A DNA stretch of 64,000 nucleotides. It comes from Camelus ferus (Eukaryota). The notes below the pieces were generated by a model, which was given only the letters and a program-made list of their open reading frames with translations, was not told the origin of the DNA and did not search any database. The stretch is taken from the NCBI RefSeq assembly GCF_009834535.1, contig NC_045707.1, forward strand, positions 54,128,001-54,192,000, read 5' to 3'. Below are positions 52,111 to 64,000 of the stretch, in pieces (position 1 is the stretch's first letter; the number at the start of each line of letters is the position of its first letter). The translations under genes and the position numbers were made by a program.

Positions 52111-52260
52111 ACACTAAAGTTTCAGCAATTTTAATACTTAAGTTTCAATAAATATAAACAATACTAAAGTTTCAGCTAGTTTTCAAAATTAAAGTTTCAC
52201 AATACTGAAGTTTCACAATACTAAGTTCAACACAACACTAAGTTCTAAAATAAAGTTTCA
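52111..52260 (+). repeat. Degenerate ~17-bp tandem repeat
   Basis: About 8-9 imperfect copies of (AAT)ACTAAAGTTTCA with short variable linkers. Confidence 0.8.
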
Positions 52261-52300
52261 ATTTTTATATGACTCATAGTGCTATCAAATAGACAGCCTC

Positions 52301-53195
52301 TTTTTTTTTTTTACTGAAGTATAGTCAGTTTACAATGTTGTGTCAATTTCTGGTATACAGTGTAATGTTTCAGTCATCCATATACATAAGTATATTCATT
52401 TTCATATTCTTTTTCATTATAGGTTACTGCAAGATATTGAATATAGTTTCCTGTGCTATACAGAAGAAACTTATTGTTTATCTATTTTATATGTAATAGC
52501 TAATATCTGCAAATCTCCAACTCCTAGTTTATCCCTTCCCTCCCTCTCTCCTCCCTAGTAACCATAAGTTTGTTTCCTATGTCTGTGAGTCTATTTCTGC
52601 TTTGCAAATAAGTTCATTTATGTCTTTTTTTTTAGATTCTATATATAAGGGATCTCATATGGTATTTTTCTTTCTCTTTCTGGCTTTCTTCACTTAGAAT
52701 TATCTCCAGTTCCATCTGTTTGCTGCAAATGACATTATTTTTATTCTTTTTATGGCTGAGTAGTATTCCATTACATAAACATACCACAACTTCTTTATTC
52801 AGTCATCTGCCAATGGACATTTAGGTTATTTCCATGTCTTGGCTACTGTAAATAGTGCTGCTATGAACATTGGGGTGCATGTGTCTTTTCGAATTAGCGT
52901 TGCCTCCAGATAAGTGCCCAGGAGTGGGATTGCTGGATCATATGATAAGTCTATCTTTAGTTTTCTTGGAATCTCCATACTGTTTTCCATAATGGCTGCA
53001 CCAAACTACATTCCCACCAATAGTGTGGGAGGATTCCCTTTTCTCCACACCCTCTCTAGCATTTATTATTTGCGGATTTTTTAATGATGTTCATTCTGAC
53101 TGATGTGAGGTGATACCTCATTGTAGTTTTGATTTGCATTTCTGATAATTAGCAATATTGAGCATGTTTTCGTGTGCCTACTGTCCTTTTGTATA
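52301..53195 (-). mobile_element. 5'-truncated cetartiodactyl-type L1 with 11-bp TSD
   Basis: Poly-T then 'actgaagtatagtcagtttacaatgttgtg', followed by L1 3' UTR/ORF2 in reverse; direct repeat AGACAGCCTCT at 52291-52301 and 53196-53206. Confidence 0.95.
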
Positions 53196-53419
53196 AGACA
53201 GCCTCTATTGGTTTCAGTACTTTTTCAGAGAAAGGTAGACTCTCCGAGAAGACAGAGCAACATGATTTCTTTTCTGATTAAAACAACATGAAGAAGTTAT
53301 ACAATTTATATTTCTTAGCATGACTAAGTAATATGGAGAGAGAGAAACCAGCTTCTTGTTCTCAATGCAGATTTTGTTGCATAACATAAGGTGATTTCTG
53401 CTCTAAGAGGTCTAAAAGC

Positions 53420-53560
53420 CTTTCTACTAAAAGTGAAACTCCAGACCAGCAGTGTCAGCCTCACCTGGGAGCATGTCAACTTACTGAATTATAATCTTAA
53501 ATTTAACAAGATTCCCAAGTGAGACAGAGGCAGATTATAATTTGATATTCACAAGCCTAA
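53420..53560. mobile_element. MER5A-like element
   Basis: 'ccagaccagcagtgtcagcctcacctgggagc...tttaacaagattcccaagtga'. Confidence 0.65.
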
Positions 53561-53574
53561 TCAAGAAAACATTT

Positions 53575-53950
53575 CATTATTTCACAGAACTGAAAGGCAG
53601 GTTCCAGCTTCCCAGGCAGCATCTCTGTAATTTTCTTAGCAGCTCTGGACATCATGCCTTCACATGACTTCATTCAAAGACAGGAAGGGAAGTTTCTCTT
53701 TTTGTGTCTCTTTTTGTTGGGGAGGAAAATCTTTCACAAAAGCCCCTAAAACAAACCTCGTGGATGTTACTGGTCCCTGCCTGGTGATTCCATTAATGAG
53801 AGGATGGAAGTGTCAAGACTGGCTAAGACTAATCAACATTCAGTCTGGGGCTCCCATGGGGTCAGCTTTCACAGGCTCACAATCACACTGGGGCTCTTCC
53901 ACTGAGGAAGGGGTGGGGAGAGTAGGGTGACAGGCAGGCATCCACAGTGA
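53575..53950 (-). mobile_element. MLT1K/L-like MaLR LTR
   Basis: 'gcagctctggacatcatgccttcacatgac..caaagacaggaagg' and 'gactggctaagactaatc'. Confidence 0.55.
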
Positions 53951-54399
53951 CTCTCAAAACTATTCTGATTTTTCTGGTTCTTTATCCAACAAAGACATGC
54001 CATGAGACACAAATGATACCATCGGAATCCATTTCTGTGACTATGATTGTAATTTGAATGTCAAATAAAAGTCTTTTCCTAAGACTTATAACAATGGACT
54101 GTCACTTGTTATGGTCTGTTTATAAATGTCATGTGAGTCACAGTGGGAACGTGCACAAGTTTTGTTGTTGTTTGCACTGTTATGCCTGTTATACACTGTT
54201 ATTTGTAGATTGAACAAATAAAGGTAAATATTTTCTCAAATTTAATGTGAAGACAGGACACAGTGAGAAACTCAGCAGGATGTTTAGGTTGAGTGAGTTC
54301 CATTCTCATAGTGTTTTAAAGCTCCTAAAACAGTTGGACATCACTCATTTTTTTAAAGCATCTTGTGTTATAGAGAAATGAGTTTACAGAATTAATTGA

Positions 54400-55500
54400 T
54401 TTAGTCAGTAAGTACTTGCTGGTAACTTTCCATGTCCAGGCACTATTCTAAGTGCGAATACATATTAATGGAATAGTCAGCATCAGGGTAGTTGTAATTG
54501 CATGAAACAACAGAATAAACAAACAAACAAATATTAGAAAACAATCACTAAAAGAAAAGGAAAAAGCAATATAAATAAAAATAACAGAGCAGAAATAAGG
54601 AATAGATAATTCCTTCAATTAGATAAAAAGCTTAGGGAAAGCCTTTATAAAATGACATGTAAGCTAACATTTAGACAGCAGGGTCTGCAGGCTATCCCCC
54701 CTGATTTAATATGCACTGAGCTAAGAATATTTCCTTTTCTAACATTCTGATTTAAAAAAAAATAGAAGAAATATTACACATGAATATTACACATGAAAAT
54801 TATATAAAATTCAAATATTAGTGTCCATAAATCAAGTTTAGTGGAACACAACCACACTTCTTCATTAAAAGCTTTCGCTCTGCAGTGGCTGTGTTGAACA
54901 GTTGGGACAGAGACAGTGTGGCCTGACTCATGATCATATTTACCGTCTGGCCCTTTACAGAACTTCACTCATCCTTGATCTAGAGATGAGCAGAATTCAG
55001 CCTTAGGAAGAGGCAGAGAGAAGGCCTTCCAGGCAGAGGGATGAGCATGCACAGAAATCCTCAGACAAAGCAGAGCCAACCAGCAGAACCTTAGTGACAA
55101 GTGAAAACACAGAAAGAAATTAAGGAGGAGAAATGGCCAGGGGCCAGGTCATGTTAAGGTCCCCACGTCAGCCAAGTGTGACTACCATTAAGTGCAAGGG
55201 AAGCCCAGGATGGATTTTAAGTAAGGAATGACTTGACTGCTTACATTTTGAAAAGATCACCCTGGCTTCTATGTGGAAACTTTAATTAGAAGAGAGCCAC
55301 AGAAGACAGAAATCCACATGGAAAGTGACTTGCAGGCAAAGGCCGGGAAACAAGTGATCGTGGCTTGGTCAATGAATTGCTTGTCACAAGCCCTTGAAGA
55401 AAGAACTCTTGAATGGAAGAGGAAGCATTTGGACATCTCCTATGGCGTTTGTTATTGCCATGACCGTTTAAGCACTGGATCAGGTGACTGGTCTCCGGGA
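54400..55500 (-). mobile_element. L2 fragments interrupted by MER58
   Basis: 'ccaggcactattctaagtg', 'ttccaggcagagggatgagcatgcacaga', 'ttttgaaaagatcaccctggct'. Confidence 0.7.
54678..54978 (+). mobile_element. MER58B-like hAT-Charlie element
   Basis: 'aaattcaaatattagtgtccataaat...gacagagacagtgtggcc..atatttaccgtctggccctttacagaa'. Confidence 0.8.
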
Positions 55501-55894
55501 ACTGGGTAAATTGGAACTTGCATAATCAGGGTTTATGGAGCTTTAGTGGTGAGTGGCCTGTGTTAGGAGTTGCAAACCAGGCAGAGGTAGGAGGACCGTG
55601 TTACACAACATGTGATGTGTTAGGGTGGTCAGTCACGTGTAATCAAAAAGTGGATTAAAAAAATGGAGGCAGTATAAGCAGCAGTTATTTACTTATATGA
55701 TATGCTCTGAAGTTTATAAAACCATGACAGGTTATATTTAAAAGTTAAACATTTCTTTTGAGTTAATTCTTACTTTGTGGTTGGCTTTACTTCCTTCCAT
55801 AACTGTAAGTTTAAAAAGCTAAAGCTCTTAACGTTCTTAGAAACAATGAATAGTACACATATGTAATTTTAAAAATATATGTGCAGTTAAAAAA

Positions 55895-56420
55895 AAATCT
55901 ATCAAGCCATGAAAGACATAGAAGAAACTTAAAAGACATATTATTAAATGAAAGAAGCCAGTCTGAAAAGGCTACAAACTACGATTCCAACCAAATGACA
56001 TTCTGGAAATGACAATTCTACAGAAACAATAAAAAGATCATGGTTTCCAGGGGTTTGGGGAGAGAGAGGGAGAGAGGAATGAGTAGATGAGCACAAGGGA
56101 TTTTTAGGGCAATGAAATTATTCTGTATGATGCTATAGTGGTGGCTACATGTCATTATGCATTTGTCAAAGCCCATAGAACATACAATATCTAGAGTGAA
56201 CCCTAATGTAAACTATGGACTTTGGTTGATAATAATGTGCCCATTTTGATTCATCGATTGTACCAAATATGCCACACTGATGAGGGATGTTGAGGATAGG
56301 GTAGTATATATGTGTAGGTGGGGAGGGCGATGTGTAAACTCTATTTTCTGCTCAATTCTGTTGTGAACCTGAAACTGCTCTAAAAGAATAAAGTCTATTA
56401 AAAGCAAATAAATAAAATAA
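55895..56420 (+). mobile_element. L1MC-type 3' UTR fragment
   Basis: 'gaaagaagccagtctgaaaaggctac', 'gtgaaccctaatgtaaactatggactttgg', 'tgtgaacctgaaactgctctaaaagaataaagtctatt'. Confidence 0.88.
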
Positions 56421-56474
56421 ATGCAAAGATATTGATCAAGAAAAAAAAGTTAAGCATTTCTTGGATCATCAAGG

Positions 56475-56620
56475 AAGAAAGAAAGAAAGAGAGGGGAGGG
56501 GGACAAGGAAGGACAGAAGGAAGGAAGGAAGGAAGGAAGGAAGGAAGGAAGGAAGGAAGGAAGGAAGGAAAGAAGGAAGGAAGGCAGGCAGGCAGGCAGG
56601 CAGGCAAGCAGGAAGGCAGG
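56475..56620 (+). repeat. Compound (GAAA)n/(GGAA)n/(GGCA)n microsatellite
   Basis: Directly visible tandem tetranucleotides. Confidence 0.97.
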
Positions 56621-57379
56621 CTACAAATATGTCCTCTTCAGAACTCCAGCAAACTTCTTTGCCATGTGCCTGGCTTTTTCTTGTTCTTTGATTTTAGTTA
56701 CGCTTCAAACAGCTTTACATGGCCTCTTTTGTTCAGTGAAATAAATTTCATTACTTTTACCTTAACTCACAGAGAAAAAAAAAACAGGGAAGCATCATAA
56801 ATCATTTGCAAAGTGCTGTGTAAATTGCATCTTTGGCTCATTTGCCCATTATGTCGTTACAAGAATTTCACTCTGAATATGACCTTATTTGGCACACAGA
56901 ATGCTGAAATTCTTACACCTTGTTGTTGGAAGGAGACTGGTTAAAAACTGTTTGAAGTGATTATCGTCGTTCTTATAATGGAATCACCCATAACAGTTTC
57001 TCTATCAGGAAAACCTTGCCACTATATATCAAGACCCACTCCTAAAGGTCCTCTTCAAGGAATGCGTTAAAAAAATGGAACTGATGAAGAACAGCACATT
57101 CAGTACATCACATAGATGTTTGCTTTTGTTGTTGTTAGTACGCTGGGCACACAGTTAAAGTTAATGGGCAATTCATTAGAAGTTTGGAACTTGCAGCAGA
57201 AAGTAAAGGAGGTGAATCAATTTATACCAACGAAATAAAGGGGCATTTCTGTAGCTGTGAATTAGTTAAAGCAAACGTGTCTAAGCATGCTTCTAACCCA
57301 GAAAGACATTCAACACAAACTGTCAACGTAAGGTTTGAATGGGAATTGAGAAGAATGCTTCACATTTCAACATATTATA

Positions 57380-57610
57380 AGGTGTACAGTAAAAAGAGCA
57401 CTGAATTAAGAGTCAAGAATCTAGAATTCCACTCTAATTTGTTAATCCTGAGGCTTTGAGAAGATTCTTAGAAATATGTTCGACCTCAATTTTTTGAACA
57501 GGAAGATGGAGTAATTTTATTTAATCTGTTTAAATTACAGTGACCTGATGTAGCTAAATGAGATGCAGCTAAATGATGTAGCTAAATGACTGAAAACATA
57601 ACTTCGAAAG
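57380..57610 (+). mobile_element. MIR SINE containing a 3x 'GATGTAGCTAAAT' duplication
   Basis: 'aaaagagcactgaattaagagtcaagaatctagaattc'; tandem copies at 57547-57590. Confidence 0.6.
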
Positions 57611-60239
57611 TTATTTACACACAATTAAAAAAAAATGAACTCATTAAAACCAGCTCCTAGAGTCAATATAGTTACTAATCTATGGCAAGCAAAAAGGTCA
57701 AAGTCTTCTGGGTACAAAGGTCATTGAAATCTTTCCATGGGTGTCTGAGGAGGAGTCAGAGGCATATTAATCATCTACGTACAGCGTCACTGTTTCTTCT
57801 CATGTTGACTTCGGAATTGGAAAGGTTGCCCCATCTGCAGGTTAAGCTGAGCTCTCAGACATAAGACAGATGAAGGAGGTTATCAGCAAGGAGTGTGGGG
57901 AGGCCAGCTTATAACTTTTCAGTTCACAACAGGATCTTTTCAAAATTCCACTATAAATGTGGACACATGTACTTTGCATAACTTCTATTTTTTTCATCTA
58001 ACTTCTAGTTTCCAACATCTATATGGAGTGAGGAAGTGAGGATTTAAAAAGGACCATTTTGAATTGTTCTGTGGCTCTCTATACCCCACTGGGAGCCAAG
58101 GACAGAATCGATGCCAAAACCAAACCTGTATGAAAATCAGGACTTGGGGCCAGACGCTAAAACATTCTCTTACAAATAGAAATCACAAATCTTTTCCAAG
58201 GTGACCTGCATTATACAGAAACTAGAAACCCTTCCTCTTAAGAAACCGTAAGAAATCAAGTGCTACCTTTCCAGGAGAGGTTAGACTTGTTTGTGACCTG
58301 AAAGCTGGCGGCAATGGAAAAATCATGTCGCGCTTCAATATGTTACTCACATGGTAGTTTTTCCAAAGGAATAAATGCACATGTGATTCCTACGACCTCA
58401 TATGAGATGTCAAGGTGTTACATTAGAGTGGAAGACCAGCCAGCCTTCACTGGAAACCTTTCCCATGCAGAGTGCTAAAGATATTGCCCACACCATGTAA
58501 ATAACAAAGTTTTCCAAACTTACAGCTGCCTGCTTTCAACTAAAGCTAAAGCCAGCCTGGCTGTGGAATTTTTGCTGTTTTGACCTCAGATAGCAACAAA
58601 AACAAGGCGTGGATATTGACTTTCAGAGGAAGAGAGCAGGAAGCATTTTCCAGTGAGATTATCCTCGAGGGATATTAAACAGTAAAGAAGCAACGTATAT
58701 ATTTAAGCTGCATCTGTAAATAAAAAATTCCTCTGGGACAAACTAAGTAGATGATTAAGTATTTGAAAAACATAAAGCAGACACATGCAACAGGGTCATT
58801 AAACGCAATGAAAATTAGGCAGAATGGAATAACAATAAACTGAAATTGGCTTGTCTAGCCTAGAAACAAACAGAAGCAAAAGTCTGGAAGCATTCATCCT
58901 GCCTTTGATTAATTTTCACCTCTCAGCACATTTTTAAAAATGACGCTTCCAAAGCCATTTCTTGAGGCAAAAGGTAAAATCCTTAAACTCATATTCCAGC
59001 TTCAGAAAAATTAGCTTTCCCCAAAAGTCTAAGCATTTGAAAAAATTTAAAAATAGCGTTGAAAGATAGTATAAATATTTGACTTATATATTCAAAAAAT
59101 ACATATCTTTGGAAGGTAATACAAACATTTTAAATATACTTGATATATACCTTTATATTTAATATATACTTTTATATTTAATATATATATCCAGAACATG
59201 CTGTACACAGATACATGTGTATGTGTGTGGTATATATATACATACACACACAGATTTTGGCCAAAAAATAAAAAAAAGCTGTCATGCACACTTCCATGAA
59301 CCACTGATTAATTGACACAGTCATTCCAACTGACTCAAGTAGCTGTTCATGGACACATCTCAAATATTTGAATTTTTTCCAACTTGGTCCTTGTGCTGGG
59401 AATGCTCAGTGTAATAGTCAAGATATGGCTCCCTTAACTATTGTCATAAACACAATAATATAAGAAAAAAAATATTCAACCAGACACATCTCTTTTGAAA
59501 AATACAGCTGTTACCAAAAAATGTCAGTTGAACCATCTTAATGCCTGTGGAAAATGGTGACTAGCATAATTTCAAGAGGTATTTTTCAAGGGAAAATTCT
59601 AAGAGAATAGTTTTTAAGTATTTCCATTGTGCTCATGGATTTTTTTTCCCCCTGTTAACTTGAGTTACTACCTGAAAAAAACTATAAAACATACACCTTC
59701 TTACTATATTTAAAATATCATTTGTTTCAAATTATGAAGGAATAATGTATTTACTTATACATCCCACTGCAATTGTTTTTTTGTTTTTTGTTTTTTGTTT
59801 TTTGTTTGTCTGTTTGTTTTGCTTTGTCACCAGTTTTATCCAGTGAAGAGAAACTCTGGGCAGTGTAACTGGAAGACTCTGTTTTTATTCTCAGTTCTCG
59901 TACTTTAGCCTAGAGATCTCTGTCACCCGTCTCTGAGCTTCCAATTTTTCCCACCCACCTACAATCTTGAATTCATATGCTCCCCTCTCCTTTGGGAACT
60001 TGTGCTATTAATTATGTAGTTTCTTACTTTTTTTTCACAATCTTTCTCTCTACTGGTTTCCTCCCATGTGCTCTCATAAATATGCTTATATGTTTCCTTT
60101 GCTGAAAACATACAAACCAACACAAACATCCACACGTGAAAACAAACTAAGAAACTCTTCCTTGATTTTGTCTCCTCATAACCTACTATCTTGTCTCTTC
60201 CTACTTGAACAATCTCAAATTCTTTCAAGTCCTCAAAAA

Positions 60240-60886
60240 CTCTGTGGTCTCCAAAAACGTTTTGGCATTACATGGCGATATTAAGCATGCTTTTATTCAA
60301 TGACCCAGAATTCCACTCCCAGCTTAAATACTGCAGAAAAACTTTCACACTTGGGTAACAGTTGACATGCAAGAATTTTTAGAGCTATACTGTTGGTAGA
60401 GCAAAATTCTGGAAACAAACCTAATGTCTAATAGATGGATAATGAAATTTTGATATCTTTTACTTTGGACAGCTATACAATAATGAACATTAATTGACCT
60501 CAGCTGCAAGACTAATCTGGATGACTTTCAAAACGTTAAAAAAAAAGAAAATCATAAAACAGTATATGTCATATGATTGCATTTACATAAAATTCAGAAA
60601 TTAATAAAATTTGATAATACATGAATTAAAGATATATACACATGTATTAATAATATAAAACAAGTAAACAACATACACAAAGTTCATAATTGTAATTATA
60701 TACACAATACATGTTGAATATATTATGTATATTTCTACATATATGTATAGGTGTACATTGAAGAAAGGGGGGATACACAAGAATACAAGCAGAGATCTTC
60801 AAAACTATTGGTAATGTTCTATTTCCAATGAAGAAGTTAAGGTGGTAAGTCCATGAAAGTTATCTCTGAATTTTTGTGGGTATGAT
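60240..60886 (+). mobile_element. Old L1ME-like fragment
   Basis: 'tgacccagaattccactcccag', 'ctggaaacaaacctaatgtc', 'tatgattgcatttacataaaattcagaaa'. Confidence 0.7.
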
Positions 60887-60900
60887 CTATTTTACAGTTT

Positions 60901-61230
60901 TTAAAATTTTTTTAATCTAGTTTTTTTCTTTGAGGGGGAAGTAATGAGGTTTATTTATTTATTTTTTATTATTATTATTTTTTAATGGAGGTTCTGGAAT
61001 TTGAAACCAGGACCTCATGCATGCTAAGCACACACTCTACCGCTGAACTATATACCCTCCCTTCTAAGTTTTTTTTTTCTTTTTTTATAACACCACTTTA
61101 TTTTATTTTTTTAGTTGGGGGGGAAGTAATTAGGTTTATTGACTTATTTTTTAATGATGGTATTAGTGACTGAACCCATGACCTCATGCATACTAGGCAT
61201 GCACTCTACCTCTGAGCTATACCCTCCCCC
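60901..61230 (-). mobile_element. Two tandem/nested Vic-1-type SINEs
   Basis: Two reverse copies (60921-61061 and 61100-61230) ending 'ctctac..ctga.cta.accctccc'; direct repeat CTATTTTACAGTTT at 60887-60900 and 61230-61243. Confidence 0.9.
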
Positions 61231-61349
61231 TATTTTACAGTTTAAAAACTCAGTGGTCTCTCTTGTTTCTATCCTTTTTTATATTTATCAGCCAATTTTT
61301 TCCTTTTTCTTATGCCCCCCACCAATGTTTGCTGGGTAACTCCAACTTA

Positions 61350-62400
61350 TACCCTGAGTTTCATCTTAGTTATCGCTTCCCTCGGGAGGCTTCCTTGATC
61401 TCAATTAGATGAGCTCCTTAAGTATATTAGCCCATATTATCTTGTCCTTAGCCTTTCTTAACACTCAGCTTACTTGTTAAATGCCTGCTTACTTCACCAG
61501 GCTCTAAACCCCATTAGGAACATAGTTCTTGGCACGAAACCTGACAAACAATGAATGATCAATAAATATTTCTTGAGTTGAATTATTCTCTTAAGTAAAC
61601 TTCTTGTAAGAGCAGTTTATAGTCATCATGAAAGTTTCTCAGGCCATATTTATTCCTCATTACTCTCGAATATGACGTTCTGTCTTCACAAATCTGTTGT
61701 GTTTGCTTTCAGAGAGGTCACCAGTGACCTTTAATAGCCTTTAGTTAGTGTAAGTCCTTAACCAGTTTGACCTCTCTGGGATATCTGATACTCCTAAAGA
61801 GAACATTTGGTGGTTTGCTTAACCTTTACTGAACACTCTGTATGTGTCAGAAAATGGGAAAATGCTCATTTTAGATTGTATGCTGCCTTCACCTAGCGCC
61901 TCTACTTCAACTTTTCTTCCCTTCCTCCTTGAGCTCTGCTTGCTCTCTTGTTTCCAAGTATTGTCCGCAGCCCTTGAGTCTTCCTGCTCTGCACACCGTT
62001 CTCCCTGATGACTCTCCCTTAGCTCACCTGATCGTCATCTCCAACTATAACAAGACCCTTCTCACTGCCCTCTGCCTCTACTCACTCCCACGCCAAGGCA
62101 GCTTTCACACTTACCTGTCTTAAAAAAAAAAGTCAATTCTTATTCCCTGCTTTAAATTTTGTAATTTCCTCTTATTGGTCACAGGACACAGCTTAAATTC
62201 ATTAGCCTGAACCATAATGCCTTTCACAATATCTGACAGACGTCCTTCAGGTGTTCCCCACCGTACCCTGTGCTCCAACCACCGCAAATTATGTGAATTT
62301 TTTTCAACACATCCTATAATTCCTCACATAGGGGGTTCTGCTCATGTTACACTTTATGCTAAAAGTTCCTTTTACTTTGCTTCTTTATTTAGAAAATTCT
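61350..62400 (+). mobile_element. L2 fragments
   Basis: 'ctcgggaggcttccttgatc', 'caataaatatttcttgagttgaat', 'aggtcaccagtgacctttaatagcc', 'ttgacctctctggg'. Confidence 0.6.
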
Positions 62401-64000
62401 GACATCAATGATCCTAAATTGAGGGAGAGGAGGTGTCAAAAAACAACTTGTAAAGTCTAATAAAAAAGATATTGCACCCTTTGTCAGATAAATTCATACC
62501 TGCATACACAGTTTTACAGAGAATTTCATGGAATTTGCTCGGCCTTATCCAATTTCATGAATGAAAATAATTTAAATGAGTTGAATGTGAAAATACTACG
62601 TGAATATTCCTCCTTCCACTGAGATAGAAAAATCTTGCTATGCATTTTATGACCAATACATAGAACCTAAGTTAAATGGTTTCCAAGGAATTTTGAATAA
62701 ACTGGCAGCATTACTAGGTTGATCATGTTTTAAAAACAGATGATAGAGTCTCTAACCAAGTCTGTAGTGTATTAACCAGTTGGCCATTTCATGAAATGGT
62801 ACAAACATTCCCTAAAGTCAAATTAGAAAGAACATGAGAGAGTGCTAGGAGTAGTGACGGCCAGAAGACAATCACCTGAGAAAAACAACAACTCAGCAGG
62901 TAAAGACCACACAGATCCAACAAGCCATCATCTCTCAACAACTCTCCAGCCTCCTGTTCAACAATTAACCATTCTACAAACATGTATTATGCATCACTCC
63001 ATGTCAGGCATTGTACCAGACAGTAGGATACACAGAATAACACAGAATAATATAAACACTCTCTAATCTTGAGGTTTCATTACCTGCAAGATTACAGCAT
63101 TTTTATATCTAGTTTCCCATGAGATACATTAAGTGAATGACATTCCTCACACACGTACATATACGCTAATGTGAGTCAGAGGAGACAGGCTGGCACTACC
63201 TACAGTCTGAGTTGGAACATCAGTATCCTCAACTCTGATTACCTTGATGAATTTAAAATGCAAAAAGGACACAAAGACATGCTAGCATAGACCCTTCCTA
63301 TCACTAGGTGATAGGAAACAACAAATACAGTGTTTCAACAGAAGCATGGCATGAAATAATCAATCTGACTCATATATGCGAGCTACTGATTATGATTTTT
63401 GCTGCACTGAGTGTTACGAGGTCTCTAAAAGCCAATTCACTGCGCAAAAGGAAATACCGGCTGGTTTCAAATGAAGGGAACTCTCTAAGTCTGAGCTGCA
63501 CAGTCAATCTCCCAACTTTCTAACTTAATTCTGCAGCAGCGGTGTAAAGGACACACCCTCATCCCAAAGATGCTGATCACACGTTGGAAGAAATGTGCTC
63601 CCCACTGAGCAACCGAACCACAGAACTTTTTACTGCATCGAAGAGGAAAAATGTGTTCACTGAAACTCAAGTTTAAAATATATAGTTTCTTAAGCTTGAT
63701 TTCACATTTTTGATACTTCCACATTTTTGAAAACAAAGCAATGACATGTGCATAAACACTTTAAAAACGAGGTTAGGAAAAAAAATAAAAGGACTATGAA
63801 ACAGCAGTTAAAAATCAGACGTGGCTTTCTTGTTAAGCAGTTTTGAGATGTTCATTTACTTCATATTAAATGCAACTCTGAATTTCCAAAAATCTTTTTT
63901 TGAATTTTGTTATTTCCTAAACGTTAAAAGCAACAATCAGCTTCACACAAAACCTCTATGGCATTATTGAATATGCTTAGAACAGGAAAAATACGCATCT

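Noticed and set aside
56432..56800. 122-aa ORF with GRKE repeats, and overlapping ORFs
   Set aside because: Translation of the (GGAA)n/(GGCA)n microsatellite.
63529..63680. Possible coding exon after a 'ctgcag' acceptor
   Set aside because: Stops occur in all three frames within ~75 nt and there is no convincing donor.
1..64000. Protein-coding genes from the ORF track
   Set aside because: All ORFs are 162 aa or shorter, compositionally biased or inside repeats. None resembles a known protein except decayed L1 ORF2 remnants, and no consistent exon chain is visible.

Overview
This window is AT-rich, non-coding mammalian genomic DNA (intronic or intergenic). The tRNA-derived SINEs at 40.0 kb and 60.9-61.2 kb look like the camelid Vic-1 type, and several L1 3' ends look cetartiodactyl, so a camel/alpaca/llama genome is the most likely source. 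I can support no protein-coding exon: the ORF track holds only short chance ORFs or ORFs derived from repeats and microsatellites. The host gene or locus cannot be identified by eye. Content is ancient eutherian repeats (MIR, L2, L1M, MaLR/ERVL/ERV1 LTRs, hAT MERs), a few younger L1/SINE insertions with intact target-site duplications (TSDs), and long repeat-poor blocks with candidate regulatory motifs. Three observations stand out. (1) A ~290-bp inverted repeat of unique-looking sequence (41198-41488 / 42323-42614, ~89% identity, 834-bp spacer) could fold into a long hairpin. (2) A tail-less retroposed 5' half of tRNA-Gly ends at the anticodon and carries a 14-bp TSD (36777-36811). (3) One arm of a perfect 16-bp hairpin has seeded a minisatellite (43957-44133). 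Repeat family names are from visual recognition, boundaries are approximate, and all need RepeatMasker/Dfam confirmation.
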